Shown here piece after piece: positions 26,942-36,970 of a DNA stretch of 64,000 nucleotides. The notes beneath the pieces are model-generated. The model did not search any database and was not told where the DNA came from. It saw nothing but the letters and a program-made list of their open reading frames with translations. Origin of the DNA: Hyaloraphidium curvatum SAG 235-1. Taxonomy: Eukaryota; Fungi; Monoblepharomycota. A program made the translations under genes and the position numbers. Within the stretch, counting starts at the first letter, position 1. Each line of letters opens with the position of its first letter. The DNA is taken from positions 434,001-498,000 of the forward strand of contig JAIVFI010000034.1 of assembly GCA_025558095.1 (NCBI GenBank), in the 5' to 3' direction.

Positions 26942-28039
26942 ATGGCGTCTTCCTCGGCATTTCCGGACCTCCGCGTCGAGTCCTTGATTGACGTCAAGGG
27001 CAAGGTCATTCTCGTGACGGGGGGCGGAATCGGTGGGAGGATTCTCCCGTTCTGGCGACGCCTAGAGGCCAATCTTGGACCGCGACAGGTCTGGGTGCGA
27101 TGATGACCAAGGCTCTCGCGCTGCATGGTGCCAAGGTCTACATCGCGTCGCGGAAGCAGGAGGTCGTGAACGAAGCGGCAAACGCGATCAATGCTCTGCC
27201 GGGGGTGGTCAAGAGCGGCGGAAAGGTCGTGCCGCTGCAGGCCGATCTGAGCACCAAGGCTGCGTGCGATGCCCTCGCAAAGAAGGTCGAGGCCGCCGAG
27301 GGAGGGCCGGGGAAGGCCAAGCTGCACGCGTTGGTCAACAACTCCGGGATCTCCTGGGCCGGGACGCTCGAGGACTTTCCGGAGGAGAAAGGGTGGCTTC
27401 AGGTTCTGAAGATCAACGTCGTGGGCATGTACTACAGTACGTCTCGCGGTGGACCTTGCGCTCTCGCCATCTAACGCGTCACCAGTGACGATCGCCTGCC
27501 TGCCGATGCTGCGGAGAGGTGCCGACGGCAACCGTGATCCCGCACGGGTGATCAATCTCGGATCGTCTTTGGGTCAGATGATCCAGGGCGAGGGATACCC
27601 GATGAGCGGACCCGGGCGCGTCAGCATCAGCTGTACGTTGCGTTCGGAGACCGCGCACCCTTCGCTCGCTAACTCTGGATAAACAGACGACGTGTCGAAA
27701 GCAGCGGTCGCCCACATGACCCGGAGCCTCGCGATCGATCTGGCACCGCAGCACATCATCTGCAACAACCTGGCCCCCGGAGTCTTCCCCTCTCGCATGA
27801 CGAAATACTCGCTGAGCCAATCGGAAACGATCCTCCAGCAAGAAACCTTGTTTGGTGGGTTCTTCGGCGCTTGGCTTCGTACCGTGCTTGACGTCACGAC
27901 AGGGCGGTTGGGCAACGAGCCGGACATGGCGGGCACCATCCTGTGGCTTTGCTCCAAGGCATCGGCTCACATCGTGGGCCAGACCATCATCATCGATGGC
28001 GGCTGGAACCTCGCTAGCTCTGGCATGAGCAGGCTTTGA
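26942..28039 (+). CDS. Short-chain dehydrogenase/reductase (RhlG-like), C-terminal PTS1 (SRL)
   Basis: VTGGGIGLG (spliced), LVNNSG, VINLGS, YDVSK, NNLAPGVFPSRMT, GQTIIIDGG; four introns. Confidence 0.9.
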
Positions 28040-28054
28040 TGTTTTCTCTTTGAT

Positions 28055-29260
28055 TCAGAAGACTTGTCTCACATTGATGTTGATGCGCTTCGGCGCAGGA
28101 TCGCTCATGAAGCTCTTTACCGGCTCCCAGGCATCCCCGTCTTCCTCTCCTGTGGCCTCGAGGTCCATCCCGCGTCCGTTGCTAAAGACCCTCGGCACAC
28201 CGTGGAAGCATCGGCGCGAGCTGCCAGACATGACGACGATGTCGCCGCTCCGAAGCCACACTGCGTCGGGCCGTTCGTCCACCGTCATGCCACCCATCAG
28301 GAACACGCATGGCGTCCCGAGCGATATTGAAACGAGGGGCGCCTCAGAGTTTGGTTCGGACCGGTCCTGGTGCGAATGCAGCGCCGAATCGTGTGAGTAG
28401 AAGTTGACGACTCCCGCCTGTGGAATGTAGCGGCTTTCCGGGTATCCGCTGATGCTTTCGACCGCCCTGACAATGACGCGGCAGAGGGAAGCAAGCAGAT
28501 CGGGCACCGGTGGCCCTTGTTTGTCCAGGTTGTATGTCTTCGAGAACCACTCGTAGGCCAATCCGATGGAAGTCCAGCGCATCTTGTGAATGAGATCCAT
28601 GATGGGAAGGGGAGCAAGGGTGGGAACGTTGAGGCGACGGTAGGGATCGGCGGTCTCCTCGCCGTCGGCAGCTTGAGGTTTGAGGGGTACCACAACGGCG
28701 TCGCGCCCTCCGGATCGATGAGCCCGCTCAAAGAGTTCCCAGAGATTTACAGGCCCCTGCCCGTTGTCGGACTCCATGTCCAGGTCCCAGTGGTTGTCAA
28801 GATTGCTCACGGATGGTCTCCGAGTCCATTCCCGGCAGCTCAGTGACACAAGCTCCCGCTGGGCCCGTTCCGTGAAGGGACAAGGAAGCAAAATCAGGCC
28901 GGGATGGCTCGGAAGACAATACGCTTCCGATGAGGCGTTAGCAAGCCAAGTCCGGAACAGCTCGCGGTAACCAGGCGACGCTGCGCCGATTGCGGTGTCC
29001 CAGTCGACCGCCAAGGGGTCCAGATTACAACGTAGTGCCCTCTCCGGAACGCCAAAGTCCGCAATTCTGAGCGAGCATTCGTCCAGGCGCCCCGAGTCGA
29101 CCGAATGCAGTTCCTCGACCGCGGCGCGCTTCCAGCGTCTTTCCTCAATACGGAAGGCCGACAGGCGCTCCGCGACCGCGGGATCATCGAGGGAAGGCCG
29201 CGCATCGCGCTGTTTTCTCAGCCGTTTCAGCGCGCTGTTGGACAGCGCCTTGTCGGGCAT
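28055..29260 (-). CDS. ALKBH1: AlkB homolog 1 (2OG-Fe(II) dioxygenase)
   Basis: KMRWTSIG, GVVNFY...HQDRSE (HxD), PLVSISLG, LRSGDIVVMSG, FHGVPR, RININVRQV; intronless. Confidence 0.92.
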   Translation of the reverse strand: MPDKALSNSALKRLRKQRDARPSLDDPAVAERLSAFRIEERRWKRAAVEELHSVDSGRLDECSLRIADFGVPERALRCNLDPLAVDWDTAIGAASPGYRELFRTWLANASSEAYCLPSHPGLILLPCPFTERAQRELVSLSCREWTRRPSVSNLDNHWDLDMESDNGQGPVNLWELFERAHRSGGRDAVVVPLKPQAADGEETADPYRRLNVPTLAPLPIMDLIHKMRWTSIGLAYEWFSKTYNLDKQGPPVPDLLASLCRVIVRAVESISGYPESRYIPQAGVVNFYSHDSALHSHQDRSEPNSEAPLVSISLGTPCVFLMGGMTVDERPDAVWLRSGDIVVMSGSSRRCFHGVPRVFSNGRGMDLEATGEEDGDAWEPVKSFMSDPAPKRININVRQVF

Positions 29261-29352
29261 CGCTGGCGTCGGCGCCTCGGAACGGACTCGCGGCGCCCGT
29301 GTTTACACGCGTTGCGGGCACGTCTCCCATCGCCACCCGGCAACGATCCACG

Positions 29353-30699
29353 ATGGGCTGGCAGGAATCCGTCAACTACTTTGCCGGCGCAAATCTCGCC
29401 CGGCACAGCGAGCTCCGCACCAACGCGAAGCACATCGTCGGGCTGCTGACGTCTCCCAACGCGCGCTTCCTGATCTTCAACGGGGAATCCAACGCGCTCC
29501 TGACGGCCCCTCCCGGCGAGAAGAAACTGAGCTCGACGTGCGCGTTCCTGGGCTACGAGGACGTGAAAGGGCTCTTGGACCTCAACGGACCCGAGGCATC
29601 GGCTTTCGAAGCCAACGGGACCGCCACGCAATGGGCTTACCTCGGGGAGGACGAGGCGACCGGCACGTCGTACTTTGGCATCGAGATGGTGGCTCCCGAG
29701 GACGGCGATGAAAGCGAGGCGGCCGTCCGGAAGCGCGAGGCGATCAAGGCCTTCACCGACGGGCTCTCCCGATTGCCGCCCGGCACGGCTTTTCATGGCT
29801 TCCGGCCGCACGCCTTCCTGCTCCCGCAAGCCGAAGCTGCGATGCTCGGAACGGCACGCTCCGTTCTGGACTGGAACCGGTCGTCTCGTTTCTGCCCTGC
29901 GTGCGGCCAGCGGACCAGTGGGAACGCCATGGCTGCCGGCCCCGATTGATTGCGCTAATCACCCACTTGTGCAGTCTCCGAAGAAGCGGGTTGGAAACGC
30001 ATCTGCCCCAAGCCTACCGCCGGCACCGACCGCTCCAAGATGTGCCCCGCGCGCCGCTCGACGCAGTCCTACACGCACCCCCGTATCGACAACTCCATCA
30101 TCGTCGCGATCGTCTCCGCGGACGGGGAGCGGCTCATGCTAGGGAGGAAGAAGCGCTCGCCTCCAAAGTTCTTCAGTTGCGTCGCCGGCTTCCAGGAGCC
30201 TGGGGAGAGCATCGAGGAGTGCGTGCGCAGGGAGGCCCGGGAGGAAACAGGGCTGCGGCTCGGCAAGGTCATCTACCACTCCAGCCAGCCGTGGCCCATG
30301 CCGTCGCAAGTCATGATCGGCTGCCTCGCCGTCGTGGAGGGATCGGAGGAGTTCAGACCCGAAGAGGACGAATTCGAAGAGGTTCGTTGATTGCTACCGC
30401 GAGCGAGAGCTTCTAGTGACTTCGAGCAAATCACAGGCTCGTTGGTTCACGCGGGACGAGATCGTGCCAGCGATCGAACGCGCGCGTACGGGAGAAGCGT
30501 CGTTCCTCAACCCGAACCCGGACGTGCCCTTCCTTCTCGCTCCCGTCTGGGCGGTGCGTTGTGCTCCACCGCTGGAACTAGCATGCGCTGATCGGAACGT
30601 CTTCAGATCGCTCACTTCATCATCCGCGCCTGGGCTCTTCGGGAAGTCGACGTGCTTTCTTTTGACTCTGCGCCGGTGCCGGCCCCTGCGAGGATGTAA
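29353..30699 (+). CDS. NPY1: NADH pyrophosphatase / NAD-cap decapping Nudix hydrolase (NudC/NUDT12 family)
   Basis: WNRSSRFCPACG, HPRID, Nudix box GFQEPGESIEECVRREAREETG, SQPWP, IAHFIIRAW; three introns; ends ...PARM*. Confidence 0.92.
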
Positions 30700-30729
30700 T
30701 CCAGCTGTCTACAGATAGAGCTCGGAGAA

Positions 30730-33138
30730 CTACGCTGAGATGTGCGTGCTCTCGATGCCGGCGAGCAGATCGGCAAGCAGCCCTTCGTCCAAGTCGTCGA
30801 AGTCCACCTCGGCATCGGCAGCTGTCCGCACAGCGACAGGCGGCCGACCATCCTCCTCGTCGTCGGACGCGTACACGAGGATCGGCGCCTCGCGGGGGTT
30901 CCCAGATGCTGCCGGCACTCGATCAGCCACGGCGGCGCCAAGTTTTTGCGGCTGCAGCATTGTCCGCGCTGGTACGAAGCCTGGCGCCTGCGCGGGAGGC
31001 GCCCGCGGGCGGTTCTTTGGTTTGACACGAGGGGCATCCGTGCCGCCAGCCGCCATCGGGCCCGGCGATCGGAGCTTTGCTTCCCGGAAATGCGCCGTCA
31101 CCGGCAAGTTCTTCGCGGAATCGTTCTCCTTTCCGACAGGTGGAGTTGCCATGGGATCGGGCGGCGGGACTGTCTTCGGGGGCGGCTTCTTGGAGAAAAA
31201 GTCCGAGATCGGCGCCTGCACGGCCTTCGTTGTGAGGTGCTTGGCCTTTTCGCCGGCAGGCTGGTTGCTTGCGCCCGTCTCCCTGAGGTTGACGACGCTC
31301 GCGTCCCCCTCGACAGTCTTGCTCACGATCTTGAGCTTGGCCAGGTTCATCTCCCACTGCACCGTGTCGAATGTCCCCTCGGCCAGCAGGTACACCACCG
31401 TCACCGCGTCCACCCTCCCGATCCTGTGCGCCCTGTCCTCGGCCTGCAGGAGCAGCGCCGGCGTCCACGAGATCTCTGCAAACACCACCAGGTCCGCCTC
31501 GGTGAGTGTCAGCCCGACCCCGGCGGCGTTGAGCGAGAGCACCGCGGCGCGCACGCCCGAGTCGCGCTGGAACGAGTCGCACAGGGGCTGCCTGTCGGCG
31601 GGTTTGGTCGATCCGTCGATGCGCACGGGGTTGAGCCCCTCGGCCTTGCAGAAGGCCTCGAGGCCATCCATCACCTCGACGTGGTGCGCAAACACGATGG
31701 CCTTCTTGAACTCGGGGTTCTGCAGCGCCTCGCGGAGGTACTCCTTGGCTGCCGGCAGCTTCCCCGTGCCGGTCTTGCTCCACATCTGGCCCATGAGCAC
31801 GATCTGCGACGTCTTCAGGTGCTGCAGCGAGGGGTCCTTGTCCGGCCGCGCTTCCATCCCAAGGATGCGCTTCTCCAGCGAGGTGTGCTCGGCGAGCATC
31901 GCGGCCAGCTCCGCCTTGGCCGCCGGGTCGTGCACGTCCACGTAGACGTGCCGACGGAGCTTCTCGGGGAGCTCCGAGAGCACGTCCTGCTTCAGCCGGC
32001 GGACCATGACGGTCGATCGGAGGATCCAGTTGAGTTCGGCGAGGTGCGAGTGCCCGGAAAAGTCGGCCGGCGCGGTCGGGCCGTCCTCCTTGCCGCCGCA
32101 GTACCGCATCCCGAAGGCCTTGGCCTCGTTGAAGACCTCGGGCTTAAGGACCGAGAGCGAGGTGAAGAGCTCGATCGGGCGCGCGAGGGCAGGGGTGCCG
32201 GTGAGGAGCAGGGTGCGCCTGGCCCTCTTGAGCAGTGGGACGAGGGCCTTTGTCCGCAAAGCCTTGGCGTTCTTGATGTAGTGCGCTTCGTCGCACACGA
32301 CGCTGGGGAAGCCGCGGGCTGCCAGCTGCGCGTGCGTGGCGGGGCGCGACGCGAGGTCGTACGAGACGACGACGACGCGGCTGTCCGGAGAGATCTTGTC
32401 CGAGGAGGAAAAGACGATCTGCACCTGGTCGTCCGTGAGATGTAACCACTTCCTGAACTCGTTACGCCAGTTGAGGCGCAGCGAGCTCGGGCAGACCACC
32501 AGCACGGGCCAGTCCGCGGGCGAGTAGTACGAGAGCACGGCAACGGTCTGCACCGTCTTGCCCAGGCCCATTTCGTCGCAAAGGAATACGCGCCCGCCGA
32601 GCTCCACAGCGCGATGCACCCCGACGGCCTGGAACGGCCTCAGGCAGGCGAGCAGGTCGTCCGGAATGCGGCCGCGGAGCAGCTCCCTGCACTCGTCCGC
32701 CGAGCGCTCGGGGGAGTGGGAGTGTTTGGCGAGCAGCGAGGCGACGAAGCGCGGCAGGGCCTCGAAGGCGAGGGAGCCGCCCCAGCGGGCCTCGATGCGG
32801 CGCCTCGCGTCGTCCAGCATACCGGGCTCCAAGGTGTACGTCCGCGAGCCCGCATCGTAGCGCACCGCGGGGAGGCACCCCGCCCGCAGCCACGCGCCAA
32901 ACTCCTTTGTCGGGGCGCGGAAGGCGATCCGCCCGTCGGCGACAAAGCACCGCACGGCGGGGCCCTTCCGACCGGCGGCCTTCGGCGGCGGCGGCGGCGG
33001 TGCGGCACACCACTCGAACGAGTTGCACTTTCCGTCGGCGCACGTCGCGAACCACCGGCCGTGGTTGGGCCCCGCCTTGCGCACCTGCAGCACGCGCGCG
33101 GGGTCGCCACACCGGCACCGCGGAGGAGGCTCGGACAT
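30730..33138 (-). CDS. SMARCAL1/ZRANB3-like SNF2 annealing helicase with N-terminal GRF zinc finger and PIP box
   Basis: DEMGLGKT, DEAH, LLLTGTP, RRLKQDVL, RIDGST, QAEDRAHRIG; N-terminal CRC...GPNHGRWFATC...CNSFEW; QAPISDFF; intronless from ATG 33138. Confidence 0.9.
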   Translation of the reverse strand: MSEPPPRCRCGDPARVLQVRKAGPNHGRWFATCADGKCNSFEWCAAPPPPPPKAAGRKGPAVRCFVADGRIAFRAPTKEFGAWLRAGCLPAVRYDAGSRTYTLEPGMLDDARRRIEARWGGSLAFEALPRFVASLLAKHSHSPERSADECRELLRGRIPDDLLACLRPFQAVGVHRAVELGGRVFLCDEMGLGKTVQTVAVLSYYSPADWPVLVVCPSSLRLNWRNEFRKWLHLTDDQVQIVFSSSDKISPDSRVVVVSYDLASRPATHAQLAARGFPSVVCDEAHYIKNAKALRTKALVPLLKRARRTLLLTGTPALARPIELFTSLSVLKPEVFNEAKAFGMRYCGGKEDGPTAPADFSGHSHLAELNWILRSTVMVRRLKQDVLSELPEKLRRHVYVDVHDPAAKAELAAMLAEHTSLEKRILGMEARPDKDPSLQHLKTSQIVLMGQMWSKTGTGKLPAAKEYLREALQNPEFKKAIVFAHHVEVMDGLEAFCKAEGLNPVRIDGSTKPADRQPLCDSFQRDSGVRAAVLSLNAAGVGLTLTEADLVVFAEISWTPALLLQAEDRAHRIGRVDAVTVVYLLAEGTFDTVQWEMNLAKLKIVSKTVEGDASVVNLRETGASNQPAGEKAKHLTTKAVQAPISDFFSKKPPPKTVPPPDPMATPPVGKENDSAKNLPVTAHFREAKLRSPGPMAAGGTDAPRVKPKNRPRAPPAQAPGFVPARTMLQPQKLGAAVADRVPAASGNPREAPILVYASDDEEDGRPPVAVRTAADAEVDFDDLDEGLLADLLAGIESTHISA

Positions 33139-33441
33139 GCCGCCTGGCCGTGAGATTCGGGGGGGGGGGGGCCCAGTGCAGCGGAGTGCTGATTCACGCA
33201 ACCCCTTTCGGGAACCCGAGGGTAGGCAAGGGTGGCAGCGGGTAACCCCCGTTCCAACATAACTAATCACCCTCCCTTCCACAGTGTGAGTTCCCTGGCG
33301 CTGCCGATCGCACGGGAGCCGCAGCTTAGCATCGTCCGTGCCTCTCCTCCACCACCGCATCGCGTTCCGGCCGCTCCCGCACCCCAGTGAAGACGTCTGC
33401 TCGACATCTTTGCGGGCCCCGTCAACCCACAACCCGCAATC

Positions 33442-34264
33442 ATGTCGACTGAAGGAGACGTGGAAATGGAGGTCGAAGCCGTCGAGGAGGTCGCCGACGC
33501 CGGCGGCGACGCCGAGGTCGAGGTCGAGGCCGGCGCCGGGGGCGCCAAGGGCTCCATGTCGGTCGAGGAGGCCCTCCAGGAGGTGCTCAAGAAGGCGCTG
33601 ATCCACGACGGGCTGGCCCGCGGGATCAGGGAGGCCGTCAAGGCCCTGGACAGGTGGGCATCGGTATCTGGAGTGGAACTGGGCGGGTGGTGCGGCCTGC
33701 GGCCGACGACGCGACGGGGACGCGTCCCGGCCGGGTTCCGCCGGACGGGAGCCGGCCCGAGGATGAACCTCTTCTTTCAAAAATGTTTCAAGACGGATCC
33801 GACCACATCGTGGAGAGAACCGAAGCTCTGAAGGGCCGGTGGCTGCCACGAGCGGACGGCGGCACGTTGCGGACGGACGCGGCCATCGTGCCCCGTCGAT
33901 GCGCTCTTTGGCCGGCGGTCGCACATCGCGTCGGACACTCTTCGGGGCCTGGATCTACGCCTTCATGCTCGGATGCCAACCCGTTTCCCCCGTTCACAGG
34001 AAGACCGCGCACCTGTGCGTGCTCTCCGAGTCGTGCAACGAGCCCGACTACGTCAAGCTCATCGAGGCCCTGTGCGCCGAGCACTCGATCAACCTGATCA
34101 AGGTCGAGGACTCGAAGAAGCTCGGCGAGTGGGTCGGCCTGTGCAAGATCGACAAGGAGGGCAACCCCCGCAAGATCGTCGGCTGCTCGTGCGTCGTCGT
34201 CCGCGACTACGGCGAGGACTCGGAGGCCATGAACGTGCTGCTCGAGTACTTCAGGTCCAAGTAG
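33442..34264 (+). CDS. RPS12: 40S ribosomal protein S12 (eS12)
   Basis: [56 protein letters not shown]; one ~346-nt intron (33654-33999). Confidence 0.97.
33752..33839 (+). ncRNA. Intronic box C/D snoRNA, U21/SNORD21-like guide
   Basis: Terminal stem CCGGCCC (33752-58)/GGGCCGG (33833-39), box C-like AGGATGA (33760-66), guide TGTTTCAAGACGG (33784-96) antisense to conserved LSU rRNA CCGUCUUGAAACA, D'-like CCGA (33799-802), box D CTGA (33828-31). Confidence 0.85.
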
Positions 34265-34862
34265 ACACCCGGACCGGACTGCCGGAGGTGAGCGTCGGGG
34301 CTGGGCGAGGCGACGGCGGGGTGCAGGGGTGCGACGAGGATTGCAGCTCCCTCTTCCGAACCTGCTGAGGAAAATGCTGCGTTACCGGAATCATTGAACA
34401 TTGTCTGAGCAGCTGCTCTGTGGCGCGGTGGTGTGGTTGCGTTGCCGAATGAGGCGCTGACGTTTTCGCACCTACAGCCGCCGAACCGCTGGATGCTGTT
34501 GCCTGTACTCTGCAGCAGTGACTAGAAGCTAGGGGATCCTCTTACATGCATCATTTGTCTCTTGTCCGTCCCTTCTGTCCTAAACCTCCGATCGGGATTG
34601 AAATCGGGGCTTCGCTTGTGGCGGCGGACCACCGCGGCGCTGACCGCCCGGCGACCCTGCTCCCCGCCGTAACCGCCACCTACTTGTGCCGGCGTCCTCC
34701 TCATCTCCCGCCCGCCTCGCGCGGCGTTCTCGGTCTACCCCAGTCGGCGGGCCGCGCCGCTCCCACCGCGTCCCTCTCAGGTCGCACGCTCCGTGCGACG
34801 TCTCCCCCGTATCCCCGACACCCCGCCCCGCTTGCGCGCGTACACCCCGCCGGCGCGCCGCT

Positions 34863-36634
34863 ATGGTGTTCAAGAAGATATTTAACAAGACGCAGGACCC
34901 GGGTGAGCAGAAGCGGAACGAGTACAATGCCACGAAGCTGCTCGGTGGGTCCCACCGTTCCCGCCCCGTCGCCCGGAGCTAACCCCGATTTCCCTGCAGG
35001 GCAAGGTACGGGATTCGGTGTTGTTGTAGCGCATTCTGGAGGGTGGAAGGGCTGAACGGGGTTGGCTTGCCGTCAGGTGCCCAGGGGACGGTCAAGCTCG
35101 CGACGCACGTGCCCACGGGGAAGCAGGTCGCCCTGAAGACCATAAAGAAGCAGACCGGTGGGGCACATCGCTCATTTCGGGCACGGAGCGCGGGCTGAGA
35201 GGCGACCGGACGGGCGGCAGGGATCATGACGGCGGCCAAGAAGAACGAGAACGCGGACATTGCCCGCGAGGTCAAGACCGAGGTCGACATCATGATGCGG
35301 CTCAACCACCCGCACATCATCAAGCTGCTGGACCACTTCGAGGTCTGGCGGCCTCCTTGCGGGCGGCGGGCCGGGGCTGAAACCTTGCGGCAGACGAAGG
35401 ACAAGCACTACATGGTCTCGGAGCTGGCCACGGGCGGCGACCTGTTCGACCGGATCATGGCTAAGGGGTCCTTCAACGAGCGTGACGCGGCGATTGCCGT
35501 CGCCACGGTGACCAATGCGGTCATGTATCTTCACGGTGGGCCCTGCGGACGTTCGGGGTCGGGCCTCTCTGACGCGGCCCAGACCACGACGTGTGCCACC
35601 GCGACCTGAAGCCGCCGAACCTGCTTTTCAAGGACACGACACCCGAGAGCCCGCTCGTGCTGGTGGATTTCGGGGTGGCGAGAATGGTCGGGGCGGGGGA
35701 GCTGATGCAGACTATCACGGGGACGCCGTACTTTATTGGTAGGCGGCAATTAAGCGATCGGGTCGCCCACAACTGATCCATCCACCTTGGCGTGTGCCCA
35801 CAGCACCTGAAATCCTGCGACAGAACGGGTACACGAAGCAGGTGGACCTCTGGAGCTTGGGCTGCATCACGTACACTATTTTGGCGGGCTACAGCCCGTT
35901 CCAGGAGGCCCAGGACCAACAGGAGCTATGTGGGACCCGCCCAGCTGCGTGTTCGGTGCGCCTGGGCAGCTTCTGATCTCGCCCTCTTCCCAGTCACGCG
36001 GATCCTTAAGTGCGACTACAACTACTCGGGCCCCGAATGGGCGAACGTCAGCACGGAGGCAAAGCAGTTCATCAAGGAGCTTCTGACCGTGAACCCCGCC
36101 AAGCGCCTGACCGCCAAGGCGGCCATGGAGCATCCTTGGTTCAAGAAGTACGTCCCGGCGGCATACCTACAGCTCTTGAAGGAGCTCAACCGGGAGGCCG
36201 ACCCGGCGTTCTACAAACTGGACACGAACGAGGCGCTGGAGCGGCGCGCGCCGACGCTGGCGCGGCTCAAGGGCAAAGTGCCCGGTGCGCTGCAGGTTGC
36301 GGAGGAGATGGTCGCCCCTGAGGAGCAGGCGGTGCCGTTGCCGAACCTGCTGGACAACATCGCCAAGCGACGCTTCAAAAAGGCCGTCAACGCGGTCAAG
36401 ATGATGCGCGCGATGACGGGGGCGGCGGGGGCGCGTTCGCTGACTTCGGTGACGACGGCCGACTCGTTGAATTCGGACATCTCCGGCACGACCACGGCAG
36501 AGGGCATGCCAATGCCGTCAACCGAGGCGCTGGAGCAGGCTGACAATATGGACTCGCTCACATCGCACGATATGCAGACGCAGGAGCTGAAGGAACTCCA
36601 GGAGAAGGTTGCACATGTGGTTCTTTCCGGTTAG
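34863..36634 (+). CDS. Ca2+/calmodulin-dependent protein kinase (CaMK1/Cmk-like)
   Basis: GQGAQGTV (with microexon), [47 protein letters not shown], CaM-binding [11 protein letters not shown]; about seven introns. Confidence 0.9.
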
Positions 36635-36970
36635 TCATTCGCTCGCGCTTTGAAGTGTTGTGCTGACGTCGGCGGCCAAAGAACCGACAGAGGGGCCGAA
36701 GGAGTGATTGGATTGTGGAGTATTGCTCATGCCGTGGAGTGCTTGCTAGACAATGTAATCTCTGTCGCCAAGGGTGTTTCCATCCGTGTTGTTGCGCCCC
36801 CCTTTGGGTTGTCCCTGACTGTATCCCTTGGCCGGAACAATGCTACCAGCCGACACGGAGCCCCCGGATTATTTGATTCGAGACCCCTTTCAGCTTCCGC
36901 ACGCTTTGAACTTACTCTTCCGGACCGTCGATCCCGGAGTCCGGAGGGGTTACACCTCGTCGCTGCGCAA

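Noticed and set aside
33139-33924. N-terminal extension of the 1,064-aa minus-strand ORF 30730-33924
   Set aside because: It overlaps RPS12 antisense; the real start is most likely ATG 33138 just before the GRF finger.
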